Shown here: positions 39,694 through 49,298 of the stretch, one piece after another
Layout of the letters: each line of letters starts with the position of its first letter
Position numbering within the stretch: position 1 is the stretch's first letter
Assembly: GCA_965228735.1 (NCBI GenBank)
Contig: OZ245838.1
Location: 5,056,001 to 5,120,000 of the forward strand
DNA from: Planctomycetota bacterium
GTDB taxonomy: Bacteria > Planctomycetota > UBA1135 > UBA2386
DNA: 64,000 nt
Direction: 5' to 3'
The notes under the pieces: model-generated
The model's database searches: none
Told to the model about the DNA's origin: nothing
What the model saw: the letters and a program-made list of their open reading frames with translations, nothing else
Translations under genes and position numbers: made by a program

Positions 39694-40707
39694 CTACTTC
39701 GGCGTGACCGCGGCGGCTTCGTTCGTCGTGACGTCGCGCCCGAACGGGTCGTCCTCGCCGCGCCGCACGCGCTGCAGGACGGCCTTCGCGAACACGTTGC
39801 GCGGGTTGCGTTCCGCCGCCCGCTCGAGCCACTCGATGGCCGCGACGCGCTTCTTGGCCAGGTAGTTGGCCATGGCCGCGAAGATCGCCGGCCGCTCGTC
39901 GGTCGGTCGCTGATCCGCGACGTACTGGAAGTGCTCCAGCGCGCCGTCGATGTCCTGACCCAGGAAGCGCGGCGCCATGAGCTTGCGCACGCCGAGCACG
40001 AGGTGCAGCTGCGGATCGCGCGCATCACGTTCGCCGGCGCGGCCGATCGCAGCGAGGATGTCGCCGTTGTACTTGAGCGCGCTCGCGAGTCCCGTGATGC
40101 GCTGACTCAGCAATTCGGCCTGAACGCGGTGGTGGGCCGATGAATCGTCACCGAGCTCGGCAGCGCGTTCGAGTGCCTCCTGGGCCCGGTCGAGGTCCGC
40201 GAGGATCGGCTCCGGCAGGTCGGTGTAGACCGGGCGGCCGGGCCGCATGCCGCGACGGCAGCCGCGCTCGATGACTCGCTGCAGCAGCGTGCAGGCCAGG
40301 AAGTGCCACGAGGCGGCGTCCTTCGGTGTGGCCGCGACGCGCGCTTCGAGCTGCTGGACGAGCGCGCTGATCGTCGTGGCGGAGTAGCTGCGGCGGGCGG
40401 TATCGAACGTCGCGTCGAGCTCGGACCGGGCCGTGCTCGAGCTGGCGCCCGCCGGATTGCCGTTCTGGGTCGCGCCATCCGCGGCCGCGGGAATCGGGTT
40501 CGAACCGCCATCGGCCGTCGGCGTCGTTCCCGCGTCGGTCGCTCCGGTTGGCGCGGTCGCGCTGCCCGGATCGACTGCGGTACCCATGGCTGGCACGCGC
40601 GCTTTCGGCACGGCGATGTCCGGCTCGCCGCCCGTCAGCATGCTGTAGGCCGTCGCGCCGATGGCGGCGACGCAGCCGATGGACAACAGGGTGATGGCGC
40701 GGCTCAT
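39694..40707 (-). CDS. TPR-repeat membrane-anchored protein
   Basis: N-terminal TM helix, Pro/Ala linker, TPR-like helices (AIEWLERAAERNPRN). Confidence 0.75.
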   Translation of the reverse strand: MSRAITLLSIGCVAAIGATAYSMLTGGEPDIAVPKARVPAMGTAVDPGSATAPTGATDAGTTPTADGGSNPIPAAADGATQNGNPAGASSSTARSELDATFDTARRSYSATTISALVQQLEARVAATPKDAASWHFLACTLLQRVIERGCRRGMRPGRPVYTDLPEPILADLDRAQEALERAAELGDDSSAHHRVQAELLSQRITGLASALKYNGDILAAIGRAGERDARDPQLHLVLGVRKLMAPRFLGQDIDGALEHFQYVADQRPTDERPAIFAAMANYLAKKRVAAIEWLERAAERNPRNVFAKAVLQRVRRGEDDPFGRDVTTNEAAAVTPK

Positions 40708-41963
40708 GGGTGGTCGGTGGCGTTTTCCGGCAGCAGCAGTTCGACGAGATGCCGGACGCGCCCTGAGTGGCCGGTCGCCCTGGCGTGACTGTCGAGCTGC
40801 ATCATGCAACCCGGATTGGCCGTGACGATGAGGTCGGGGCGCGCCCTCTCGATCGATTCGATCTTGCGCCGACCTATTTCCGCGGCGAGGTCACTTTGCA
40901 GCAGATTGTAGATCCCGGCCGAGCCGCAGCAGTCCTCGGGCTTGTCGTGGTCGACCACCCGCAACCCCGGCACCGCGGCGAGCAGCTCGCGCGGCGCCGA
41001 CCGCACCCCCTGGCCGTGGCACAGGTGGCACGGGTCGTCGTAGACCACCGCGACGTCCCGCTCGGCGGGCGTCGCCGACAGCCCCTCGGCCGCGAGGAAC
41101 TCACTGATGTCACGGCACTTGGCCGCGAAGCGCTCGCCGTCGGTCGTGCCGAGCAGGTGGCCGTACTCCTTCATCGCGCAGCCGCACCCGGCCGAGTTGT
41201 TGATCACGATGTCCGCGTCCGCAAACGCCTTCACATTCGCCGCCGCGAGCTGGCTCGCGAGGTCCTTGTAACCGGCGTGCACGAGCAGCGCGCCGCAGCA
41301 GCCTTGCGACTCTGGCACGTCGACGTCGAAGCCGTTCAGCAGCAGGAGCCGCAGCGTTGCGCGGTTGACGTCGCCGAACATCTGCTCCATCACGCAGCCG
41401 GTGAAGAGCGCGACCCGCACGCCGCGGCGGGTCACGCCGGCTGGCGGCGTGTGCAGGCCCGTCGGCAGCGGGCGGCGGCTCGCTGCGGGCGGGACGGGCG
41501 GCGCGAGCCGGTCGACCGCCCGGGGCAGCAGGCGCAGGGCCGCACCGATGCGGCGGAGCCCGAGCATCTCGCTGAGGCGCAGAACGCGAAACAGCAGCCG
41601 CAGGCGGCCCTGGCGTGCGACGACGCGCCACAGCAGCGTGCGCGTGAGCCACGCGACGAAGCCCCGCTGCGGCGCCTTCTCCTGCAGTTGCGATCGCACG
41701 TCCTCGAGGATCTCGCCGTAGCGCACACCGGACGGACACGCGGTCTCGCACGCGCGGCAGTCGAGGCAGCGGTCGAGGAACGGGCGGATCGCGTTCGGAT
41801 CCTCGACGCGGCCCTCGGCCAACGCGCGCATCAGGTAGATCCGCCCGCGCGGCGAGTCGGCCTCGACCCCGAGCACCTGGTGCGTCGGACACGCGGGCAG
41901 GCAGAGGCCGCAGTGGACGCAGTCGAGCGTCCGGGCGTAGGGTCTGTCAGCGGAGTCGGCCAT
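40704..41963 (-). CDS. glcF: Glycolate oxidase iron-sulfur subunit
   Basis: CVHCGLCLPACP, CLDCRACETACP, two CCG domains. Confidence 0.92.
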   Translation of the reverse strand: MADSADRPYARTLDCVHCGLCLPACPTHQVLGVEADSPRGRIYLMRALAEGRVEDPNAIRPFLDRCLDCRACETACPSGVRYGEILEDVRSQLQEKAPQRGFVAWLTRTLLWRVVARQGRLRLLFRVLRLSEMLGLRRIGAALRLLPRAVDRLAPPVPPAASRRPLPTGLHTPPAGVTRRGVRVALFTGCVMEQMFGDVNRATLRLLLLNGFDVDVPESQGCCGALLVHAGYKDLASQLAAANVKAFADADIVINNSAGCGCAMKEYGHLLGTTDGERFAAKCRDISEFLAAEGLSATPAERDVAVVYDDPCHLCHGQGVRSAPRELLAAVPGLRVVDHDKPEDCCGSAGIYNLLQSDLAAEIGRRKIESIERARPDLIVTANPGCMMQLDSHARATGHSGRVRHLVELLLPENATDHP

Positions 41964-43053
41964 CGGGATCGAGCGCGCGTGTGAGTTGTGCCTCGAGCCG
42001 GGCCGCACCGGGGTCGGCCGGAGTGCCGCGGCCCAGCCGCTCCGGCGCGCCCGCGACGATGCAAGCATGGGCGCCGCGGCTCGGCAAGTCGGCGATCACG
42101 GCGTCGGTTGCCGCTGGATTCGGCAGGCGCATCTCGAAGCGGCCGCCGCCGTGCAGCACGAGCACCGGTTTGCGGCCGCCTGGCGCTGCCACGGTGGTCG
42201 CGTGCGCGAGCAGGTCTTTGACCCGACTCGGGCGGACGATGCCGGCGAGAATCTCGCCCCTATTCTCGGACGAAACACTGTTGTCGGCTGAATTCGTGTC
42301 GCCCGCAGGAACGAACGGGAAGGTTGCTCCACTGCGGCCCTCGGGCAGGTCGAGCTTCTGCCGCACCTCGGTGACGAACGACGGCCGACCGGTGAACCGG
42401 CTGATGACCTCGCAGCCGCCGGTCTCGTCGTGCACGAAGTGCAGCGCCGTCGGCGGGGCGGCGAGTGCGCGCAGCTCCTGGAAGCGGGCGAGCGCCCGGG
42501 TCGGGTCCGGCATCGACTCCGAGAACCACAGTGATTCCGGCGGCCGCGGCTTGAGCCGCAGATGCAGTCGCGTCACGGCGAACAGGCGGCCCGCGCTGCC
42601 GACGAACAGTCGGTGCAGATCGAAGCCCGCAACGCTCTTGGTCACGCGCGCGCCGGAACGGAACTCGGTGCCGTCGCTGAGGACGCCCTCGATGCCGAGC
42701 ACGAGCGAGCGTGGTTGCGGGCCGCCGACCGTAACGGCGCCGATCGGGTCGGCCGCGAACAGACCGCCGACCGTGCCGCTGCCGACCCAGGCGCACGGCA
42801 GCTCGAGGTCGTGGCGCCCGACCGCGGCCTCGAGCTCCGCGAGCCCGACGCCGGGCTCGACCGTGCACGTCTGATCGCCGGCGTCGACGCGTTCGATCGC
42901 AGCCATTTCGCCGAACGCGAGCCGCGTCGCGTCGGCCGCGGGCGGCAGCCGGTGTTGGCGGGAGCCGCCGCCGACGAGCCGAACGGCCCCGGTCGTCGCG
43001 CGCAGCGCGTCGACGACTTCGCTGGCGGCCGCGGGCGTGAGTTGCGAACTCAC
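41947..43053 (-). CDS. glcE: Glycolate oxidase FAD-binding subunit
   Basis: GTG start; GTVGG, GARVTKSVAGFDL, ALDPDGRL; lies between glcD and glcF. Confidence 0.85.
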   Translation of the reverse strand: MSSQLTPAAASEVVDALRATTGAVRLVGGGSRQHRLPPAADATRLAFGEMAAIERVDAGDQTCTVEPGVGLAELEAAVGRHDLELPCAWVGSGTVGGLFAADPIGAVTVGGPQPRSLVLGIEGVLSDGTEFRSGARVTKSVAGFDLHRLFVGSAGRLFAVTRLHLRLKPRPPESLWFSESMPDPTRALARFQELRALAAPPTALHFVHDETGGCEVISRFTGRPSFVTEVRQKLDLPEGRSGATFPFVPAGDTNSADNSVSSENRGEILAGIVRPSRVKDLLAHATTVAAPGGRKPVLVLHGGGRFEMRLPNPAATDAVIADLPSRGAHACIVAGAPERLGRGTPADPGAARLEAQLTRALDPDGRLR

Positions 43054-44504
43054 CTGCGGTCCTCCTCGTCGAGCACGCGCGCGACCATCTGCGGCCACTT
43101 CGCCGGTTCGGCGCACGCCGCACGCAGCGGGATCGCCTTGCCGGGGTTGCACCGACCCTCGGGGTCGAACACGTCCCGGACGCGGCCCATCACCTCGAGG
43201 TCCGTCGGTCGGAACATCAGGCCGACGTAATCGATCTTCTCCGTCCCGACGCCGTGCTCGCCCGTGATGGAGCCCCCGAGTTCGACGCACAGTTCGAGAA
43301 TCTCCTTGCCCGCGGCGACGACGCGTTCGACCTGGTCCTTGTCCCTGCCGTCGAAGCTGATGTTGGGGTGCAGGTTGCCGTCGCCCGCGTGAAACACGTT
43401 GGTGAGCACCACGCCGTGGCGCTGCGCGATCCGTTCGATGCCGGCGAGCGCCGGTTCGAGCTGCGTGCGCGGCACGACGCCGTCGAGCACGTAGAGGTCG
43501 GTGTTGAGTCGCCCCATCGCGCCGAACGCGCCCTTGCGCCCCTTCCACAGGCGCTTCCGCTCCCCGGGGTCCGAGGCTTCCTCGAGGCGCAGCGCACCGT
43601 TCTGCCGCGCGAGTTCCGCGACCTCCCTGGCCTCTTCCGTGACGACCGTGGTCGGGCCGTCGATCTCCACGAGCAACACGGCCGCGGCGTCCTCGGGATA
43701 ACCCGCGCGATAGACCGACGCTTCGACGGCTTGAATCGTCTTCCGGTCGAGGATCTCGAGCGCCGCAGGCACGAGGCCGGCCGCGACGATCTCGCTCACC
43801 GTGCGGCACGCGGCTGCCATCGAGTCGAACGACGCGAGCAGCGTGCGCAGGTCTTCCGGGTTGCGGCACAGCCGCACGGTGATCTCGGTCGCGATGCCGA
43901 ACGTGCCCTCGCTGCCGCAGAACACGCCGAGGAGGTCGAGGCCGTGCGGCGCACGCGGACCGGCCGCGTCGCCGAGGCGCGCGATCGTGCCGTCGGGCAA
44001 CACGACGACTGCGCCGAGCACGTGGTCCGTCGTCATGCCGTACTTGAAGCAGTGCGGGCCACCGCTGTTCTCCGCGAGATTGCCGCCGATCGTGCAGACG
44101 GACTGACTGCTCGGATCGGGCGCGTAATGCAGCGCGTGCTCGTGCACGTGGGTCGAGAGGTCGAGGTTCACGACGCCAGGCTGCACGACGGCGTAGAGGT
44201 CGGCGGTCGAGACTTCCAACACCGAACGCATGCGCGAACAGTCGATGACGACGGCGTCCGCGGTCGCGGTCGGGCCGCCGGAGAGGCACGTTCCGGCCCC
44301 GCGCGGCACGAATGGGACCTGCTCGGCATGCAGCAGCTGCAGGACGGCCGCCACTTCGGCGGTCGTCTCGGGCAGGACCACGGCCCGCGGCCGGCTCCGG
44401 TGCACGGTGAAGCCGTCACACTCCCATGCCAACAGGGCATCGGGACTGTGCAGCACGCGCTCGGCGGAGAGGCGCGCTGCGAGGGCCGCTTCGAGGGCTT
44501 TCAT
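43050..44504 (-). CDS. glcD: Glycolate oxidase FAD-linked subunit
   Basis: PRGAGTCLSGG, YAPDPSS, GSEGTFG, HAGDGNLHP, GEHGVG, NPGK. Confidence 0.93.
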   Translation of the reverse strand: MKALEAALAARLSAERVLHSPDALLAWECDGFTVHRSRPRAVVLPETTAEVAAVLQLLHAEQVPFVPRGAGTCLSGGPTATADAVVIDCSRMRSVLEVSTADLYAVVQPGVVNLDLSTHVHEHALHYAPDPSSQSVCTIGGNLAENSGGPHCFKYGMTTDHVLGAVVVLPDGTIARLGDAAGPRAPHGLDLLGVFCGSEGTFGIATEITVRLCRNPEDLRTLLASFDSMAAACRTVSEIVAAGLVPAALEILDRKTIQAVEASVYRAGYPEDAAAVLLVEIDGPTTVVTEEAREVAELARQNGALRLEEASDPGERKRLWKGRKGAFGAMGRLNTDLYVLDGVVPRTQLEPALAGIERIAQRHGVVLTNVFHAGDGNLHPNISFDGRDKDQVERVVAAGKEILELCVELGGSITGEHGVGTEKIDYVGLMFRPTDLEVMGRVRDVFDPEGRCNPGKAIPLRAACAEPAKWPQMVARVLDEEDRR

Positions 44505-44560
44505 CGGCGGGGATGCTAAAGCACGGACCCAGCGGATTCCGATGTCGCGAATACCGACGA

Positions 44561-45631
44561 ATGGAGATCTTGCGCGTCAAGAAGATCGTCGTCGCGTGCT
44601 TTCTCGAGGCCGTGCGGATGACGCTCGACCATCTGGGGCGGCATCGCATGGCGATGGCGGAGGAATGTCCTCCGGAGCTGCCGCAGCTGTACGGCGACTT
44701 TCGTCGGTTGCGCGACTACCTGCAGCGGTGCGCCGGCGCGTTCCAGGACCTCATCGAGCTCGACATGAACGACGACGACCTGCGGCTCCTCGTCGCCGCG
44801 TCGCAGCGCTACGTCGAGGCCGCGGACGCCCGGTTGCAAGGTGCGCTCGACAACGGCGCGCGGTCGCCGGATCCGAAGGAACGCGAGTTCTTGCGCAAGA
44901 AGCAGCAGCTCGTCGCCGACTGGGCCGTCGAGCTCGCGATCAAGCCGCTGTCCGATCTGCCGTTGCCCGCCGTCGCCACCGTTCTCGGCGAGGGCGGCCG
45001 TGCGTTGCGCTTGCGCCTGCAGAAGAAGCTGTTCTCGACGTCCGAGTCGAGCGTGATGCCGGGCGAGATGGTGAACGAGTTCACGGCCATCGAAGGGCGC
45101 CCGGCGCCCGCGCCGGAGCCCCTCGAGCCGGTGCCCGATCTGGCCGCGGCCGAGCCGACGCCGGCCGTCGCCGAAGACGGACTTCTGCTCGACCCGCTCG
45201 CGCTGCATGACCCGCGCCTCCGGGCGCTGACGGGCATGAATCTGCGCAGCCTCGAGACCGCGCTCGCGGCGGAGGATTATCGCGTCGCTTCGTTGATGCT
45301 CTGCGTCGTGCTCGAAACCGCCGTGTTCGACTACGCGTTGCGGCACGGCGACGAGTTGACCCTCGAGGGCGACATCGACAGCTGGGAGGCGCGCGCGATC
45401 CTGAATCAGATCCTCGGTGCGCTCGCGACCCCGAACGTGCGCCTCGCGGCCGACAGCCTGCTCGCTTCGCGGGCGCTGCTCGACCCGTCACGCCAGCTGA
45501 TCGCGCCGATCGTCGTGACCAAGGCGTCCGTCGAGCGCGATCGCCAGTTCCTGCGGTCGATGCTGCAGCGGCTCGGCTTCCTGGCGCAGCCGGAAGAGGC
45601 GGAGCCCGAGCCCGAGCCCGTCATCGGCTGA
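44561..45631 (+). CDS. Hypothetical helical protein, possible degenerate HEPN-like C-terminal domain
   Basis: Long ORF with backbone-like GC codon usage; see findings. Confidence 0.7.
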   Translation: MEILRVKKIVVACFLEAVRMTLDHLGRHRMAMAEECPPELPQLYGDFRRLRDYLQRCAGAFQDLIELDMNDDDLRLLVAASQRYVEAADARLQGALDNGARSPDPKEREFLRKKQQLVADWAVELAIKPLSDLPLPAVATVLGEGGRALRLRLQKKLFSTSESSVMPGEMVNEFTAIEGRPAPAPEPLEPVPDLAAAEPTPAVAEDGLLLDPLALHDPRLRALTGMNLRSLETALAAEDYRVASLMLCVVLETAVFDYALRHGDELTLEGDIDSWEARAILNQILGALATPNVRLAADSLLASRALLDPSRQLIAPIVVTKASVERDRQFLRSMLQRLGFLAQPEEAEPEPEPVIG

Positions 45632-45705
45632 GCTGGGACGCTCGGCGCCGCTTGCCGGCCTCTTGTGCCGCGCTGGTCTTCTTGTGCTTCGCTGGAGCGT
45701 GACGT

Positions 45706-46434
45706 ATGCCTGCGTTCGCCGTGCGATTGTTCGCCATCAGTGACCTGCACCTCAGCCTCGGCGTCGACAAGCCGATGGACATCTTCGGCCCGCAATGGGT
45801 CGATCACGCCAATCGCATGCGCGAGGCCTGGGACGGCATGGTCGGCGCCGACGACTGGGTGCTCGTCGGCGGCGACACCTCGTGGGGACTGAACCTCGAG
45901 CAGGCGCTGCCCGACCTGCAGTGGCTCGGCGAACGTCCGGGCCAGAAGGTGCTCATCAAGGGCAACCACTGCACCTGGTGGCAGTCGCGCAAGAAGGTCG
46001 AGAAGGTGATCGACCCGTCGATCCACCTGCTGCAGAACAATGCCGTGCAGCTCAGCGACGGCACCGTCGTCGTCGGCTCCCGCCTCTGGGATCCGCCCGA
46101 CGTCCCGTGGGCGCAGCAGGAGGCGGCCAAGGTCTTCCCGCGTGAGCTCGGACGTCTCGAGCTCTCGGTCAAGGACGGCAAGAAGCTCGGCGGCTGCGTC
46201 GAGGGCGGAAAGCGCACGATCGCGCTCGTGCACTACCCGCCGCGCTTCAGCGACGGCCGCGAGACGGACGCCGTCGCGATCCTCAAGGACGCGCACGTGG
46301 AGCTGTGCGTCTACGGCCACCTGCACGGCAAGGACCACAAGTTCGGCTTCCAGGGCGAGGCCGACGGCATCCGCTACTACCTCGCGTCGGTCGACGCGAT
46401 CGACTTCCGGCCGATCGAACTGCCGACGGGCTAG
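45706..46434 (+). CDS. Metallophosphoesterase (calcineurin-like)
   Basis: SDLH, GD, GNH, HYPP, GHLH. Confidence 0.92.
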   Translation: MPAFAVRLFAISDLHLSLGVDKPMDIFGPQWVDHANRMREAWDGMVGADDWVLVGGDTSWGLNLEQALPDLQWLGERPGQKVLIKGNHCTWWQSRKKVEKVIDPSIHLLQNNAVQLSDGTVVVGSRLWDPPDVPWAQQEAAKVFPRELGRLELSVKDGKKLGGCVEGGKRTIALVHYPPRFSDGRETDAVAILKDAHVELCVYGHLHGKDHKFGFQGEADGIRYYLASVDAIDFRPIELPTG

Positions 46435-46435
46435 C

Positions 46436-47032
46436 TCAGACGTCGACGTTGGCCGCGACGCGGCGGTGCACCGCGGTCAGCGTGCCGCCGAGGTCGACCT
46501 CGACGAGGTACCGGCGGCCGAGTCGATCCGTGACGTGACAACGCCAGCCCTCTTCGGCGTCGGGGCCGGAGACGATGAGCGCGGTCGTGACCGTGCTGCC
46601 CGCCTGCAGCGCGGCGGTCAGGATCGGTTTCGGGACCTGGCCGATCGGGACCGAATGGGCGCGTTCGAGGACGTCGCCGTCGGGCGCGATGAGCGCGGTG
46701 CGGGTGTGCTCGATCGCCTCGTGCACGTAGCGCTTCTCGATGCGGAAGCCAAAGCCGCGCGGGCCCCATTCGCGGCCCTGGAACGTGACGTCGCCCTGCG
46801 GCACGACGGCGCTGATCGCGGCGCGCACGGGTGCCGGGATCGCCCCCGGTCCGACGGCGACGGCCGCTTGCACGATGCTGCTGCCGGACAGGACGAGGCG
46901 CGCGGGCACGTCCTCGGGCGCTTCGGCAAGGTGGCCCGCGATGCGGTCGGGGAGCGCCGGGGCGCTCGCGCAGCCGCTCGCCAGGGTGGCCGCCAGGGCG
47001 GCGGCGAAACAGGCAGGAACGGGCCGCGTCAT
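46436..47032 (-). CDS. Lipoprotein, PepSY/BLIP-like repeats possible
   Basis: Lipobox LASGC; two similar units (IPAPVRAA and VPKPILTA). Confidence 0.6.
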   Translation of the reverse strand: MTRPVPACFAAALAATLASGCASAPALPDRIAGHLAEAPEDVPARLVLSGSSIVQAAVAVGPGAIPAPVRAAISAVVPQGDVTFQGREWGPRGFGFRIEKRYVHEAIEHTRTALIAPDGDVLERAHSVPIGQVPKPILTAALQAGSTVTTALIVSGPDAEEGWRCHVTDRLGRRYLVEVDLGGTLTAVHRRVAANVDV

Positions 47033-47133
47033 GCCGCCAATCTCCCGCCTCGGCAGACGAGTGCAAGGAGGAAGTCGCCCGGCGATCGATCCGTCCTTGA
47101 TCCGTTCTGGCCGCGGCCGAGACTCGATGGGCC

Positions 47134-47757
47134 ATGATTCAGCAACCCTTCGCAACGCTCGTCGAGCGGCTCGCGGCCCGCACGCCAACACCCGGTGGTG
47201 GCGCGGCGGCAGCCATGGCCGGCTGCCTCGGCACGTCGCTCTTCCTCATGGTCGTGCGGTTCTCGCAGGGCAAGCCCGCAAATGCCGATCACGAGGCCGA
47301 CCTCGCTGCTGCCGAGTCGAAGCTCGCGGGTTATCTCGAGCGGCTCCAGCCGATGGCGGATCGCGATGCGAAGGCATTCGGGCTCGTGAGCGCGGCGTAC
47401 GGGATGGCGAAGGCGACCGATGAGGACAAGGCGTTGCGCAAGAAGGCGATCCAGGAGGCGCTCGTCGGGGCGATGGTCGTGCCGGACGAGGCGTTGTGCA
47501 TGGTGCGCGATGTCTTCGTCGTGATGGCCAGCGTGTCGGATTGCGTCGGCAAGGCGATCGCCAGTGACATGGCGTCCGGCGCGGCGCTGCTGTCGGCGTC
47601 GGCCGAGGGCGCGTTCCTCAACGTGCGCATCAACGCATCGTTCCTCGAGAACCGCGAGCTCGCGGACTCGACGATGGAACGCGCGCAGTCGGTGCGGCTC
47701 GAGATCGAACGCCACCGCGAGCAGCTCGCGTCGAAGGTGGAGGCGCTGCTCGCATGA
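47134..47757 (+). CDS. Cyclodeaminase/cyclohydrolase-family protein (FTCD_C)
   Basis: PTPGGGAAAA, DAKAF, ASD, NVRIN. Confidence 0.9.
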   Translation: MIQQPFATLVERLAARTPTPGGGAAAAMAGCLGTSLFLMVVRFSQGKPANADHEADLAAAESKLAGYLERLQPMADRDAKAFGLVSAAYGMAKATDEDKALRKKAIQEALVGAMVVPDEALCMVRDVFVVMASVSDCVGKAIASDMASGAALLSASAEGAFLNVRINASFLENRELADSTMERAQSVRLEIERHREQLASKVEALLA

Positions 47758-49298
47758 CGGCCACGCGTCCGCCGCTCGTCCTCGCGATCCTCGACGGCTT
47801 CGGCAACGCGGCGCCCGGCCCCGGGAACGCGATCACGGCCGCCGAGCCACGGGTGTGGCAGGAGCTGTGCCAGAAGTGGCCGACCACGGCGCTCGAGGCG
47901 AGCGGCGAGGACGTCGGCCTGCCCTGCGGCCTCATGGGCAACTCCGAGGTCGGCCACCTCAACATCGGCGCGGGGCGCGTCGTCTACCAGGAGATCTCGC
48001 GCATCGACCGCGAGATCGCCGAGGGGCGTTTCGCGCGCAACGCCGCGCTGCTGTCGGCCGTCGAACACGCCCGGCGCGGCGACACGACGTTGCACCTGTT
48101 CGGGCTCGTCTCCGACGGCGGTGTGCACAGCAGCGACAGGCACCTCGACGCGCTGCTCGAGCTCTGCAAGGCCGAAGGGCTGAGCGGTGATCGCGTCGTG
48201 CTGCACGCGTTCCTCGACGGTCGCGACACGCCGCCGCGCTCGGCGAGGGGCTACGTCGAGCAGGTCGAGGCGCGGATGGGTGAGCTCGGTGTCGGGCGGA
48301 TCGGCACCGTGATCGGGCGCTACTACGCGATGGATCGCGACAAGCGCTGGGATCGCGTGCAGAAGGCCTACGACGCGCTCACGCTCGGTGAGGGGCAGCT
48401 CGCGGCGACCGCGCAGGCGGCGGTGCAGGCGTCGTACGATGTCGACAAGGGCGACGAGTTCGTGCTGCCGACGGTGATCGGTTCGCGCGACGCCGGCCGG
48501 GTGCGCGCGGGCGATGCGATCCTGTTCTTCAACTTCCGCACCGACCGCGCGCGGCAGTTGACCGAGGCGTTCGTCAGCCACGAGTTCGACGGCTTCCCGC
48601 GCGCGACGCTCCCGCAGGTGCACTTCGTCACGATGACGCGCTACCGCGAGGACTTTCCGTGCGCGGTCGCGTATCCGCCGCAGAACCTCAACGGCATCCT
48701 GCCGCAGGTCGTCAGCGAGGCGGGGCTGACCCAGCTGCGCATCGCGGAGACGGAGAAGTACGCGCACGTGACGTTCTTCTTCTCCGGCGGCGACGAGCGT
48801 GAGTTGCCGGGCGAACGGCGCCTGCTCGTGCCGAGCCCCAAGGTCGCGACCTACGACCTGCAGCCGCAGATGTCGGCCGTCGAGGTCACGGATGCGTTGC
48901 TCGGTGAGCTCGGCGGCGATCGCCGGCCCGACGTGACGATCCTCAACTTCGCGAACGCCGACATGGTCGGGCACACCGGCGAGATCCCGGCCGCGATCGA
49001 GGCGATCCGCACGATCGACCGGTGCCTCGGCCGCATCGTCCCCGCCGTGACGGACCTCGGCGGCACGATCGCGATCACCGCTGACCACGGCAACGTGGAG
49101 ATGATGCAGGACCCGGAGACGGGCGGGATCCACACGGCGCACACGACCAACCCGGTGCCGTTCGTCGTCTGCGGTGCGGCCGCCGCGGGCAAGCGGCTGC
49201 AGGACGGCGGCCGACTTTGTGACATTGCCACGACTTTGCTGCCGATCCTCGGTCTGCAGCCGGCGAAGGGCATGGAAGGGGTAAACCTGCTCACATGA
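47754..49298 (+). CDS. gpmI: 2,3-bisphosphoglycerate-independent phosphoglycerate mutase
   Basis: ILDGFG, MGNSEVGH, DGRDT, AETEKYAHVTFF, NADMVGHTG, ADHGN. Confidence 0.97.
   Translation: MTATRPPLVLAILDGFGNAAPGPGNAITAAEPRVWQELCQKWPTTALEASGEDVGLPCGLMGNSEVGHLNIGAGRVVYQEISRIDREIAEGRFARNAALLSAVEHARRGDTTLHLFGLVSDGGVHSSDRHLDALLELCKAEGLSGDRVVLHAFLDGRDTPPRSARGYVEQVEARMGELGVGRIGTVIGRYYAMDRDKRWDRVQKAYDALTLGEGQLAATAQAAVQASYDVDKGDEFVLPTVIGSRDAGRVRAGDAILFFNFRTDRARQLTEAFVSHEFDGFPRATLPQVHFVTMTRYREDFPCAVAYPPQNLNGILPQVVSEAGLTQLRIAETEKYAHVTFFFSGGDERELPGERRLLVPSPKVATYDLQPQMSAVEVTDALLGELGGDRRPDVTILNFANADMVGHTGEIPAAIEAIRTIDRCLGRIVPAVTDLGGTIAITADHGNVEMMQDPETGGIHTAHTTNPVPFVVCGAAAAGKRLQDGGRLCDIATTLLPILGLQPAKGMEGVNLLT

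Noticed and set aside
42250..42335. Lower-GC patch inside glcE as a possible insertion element
   Set aside because: Short, in frame and without terminal repeats; most likely a variable loop
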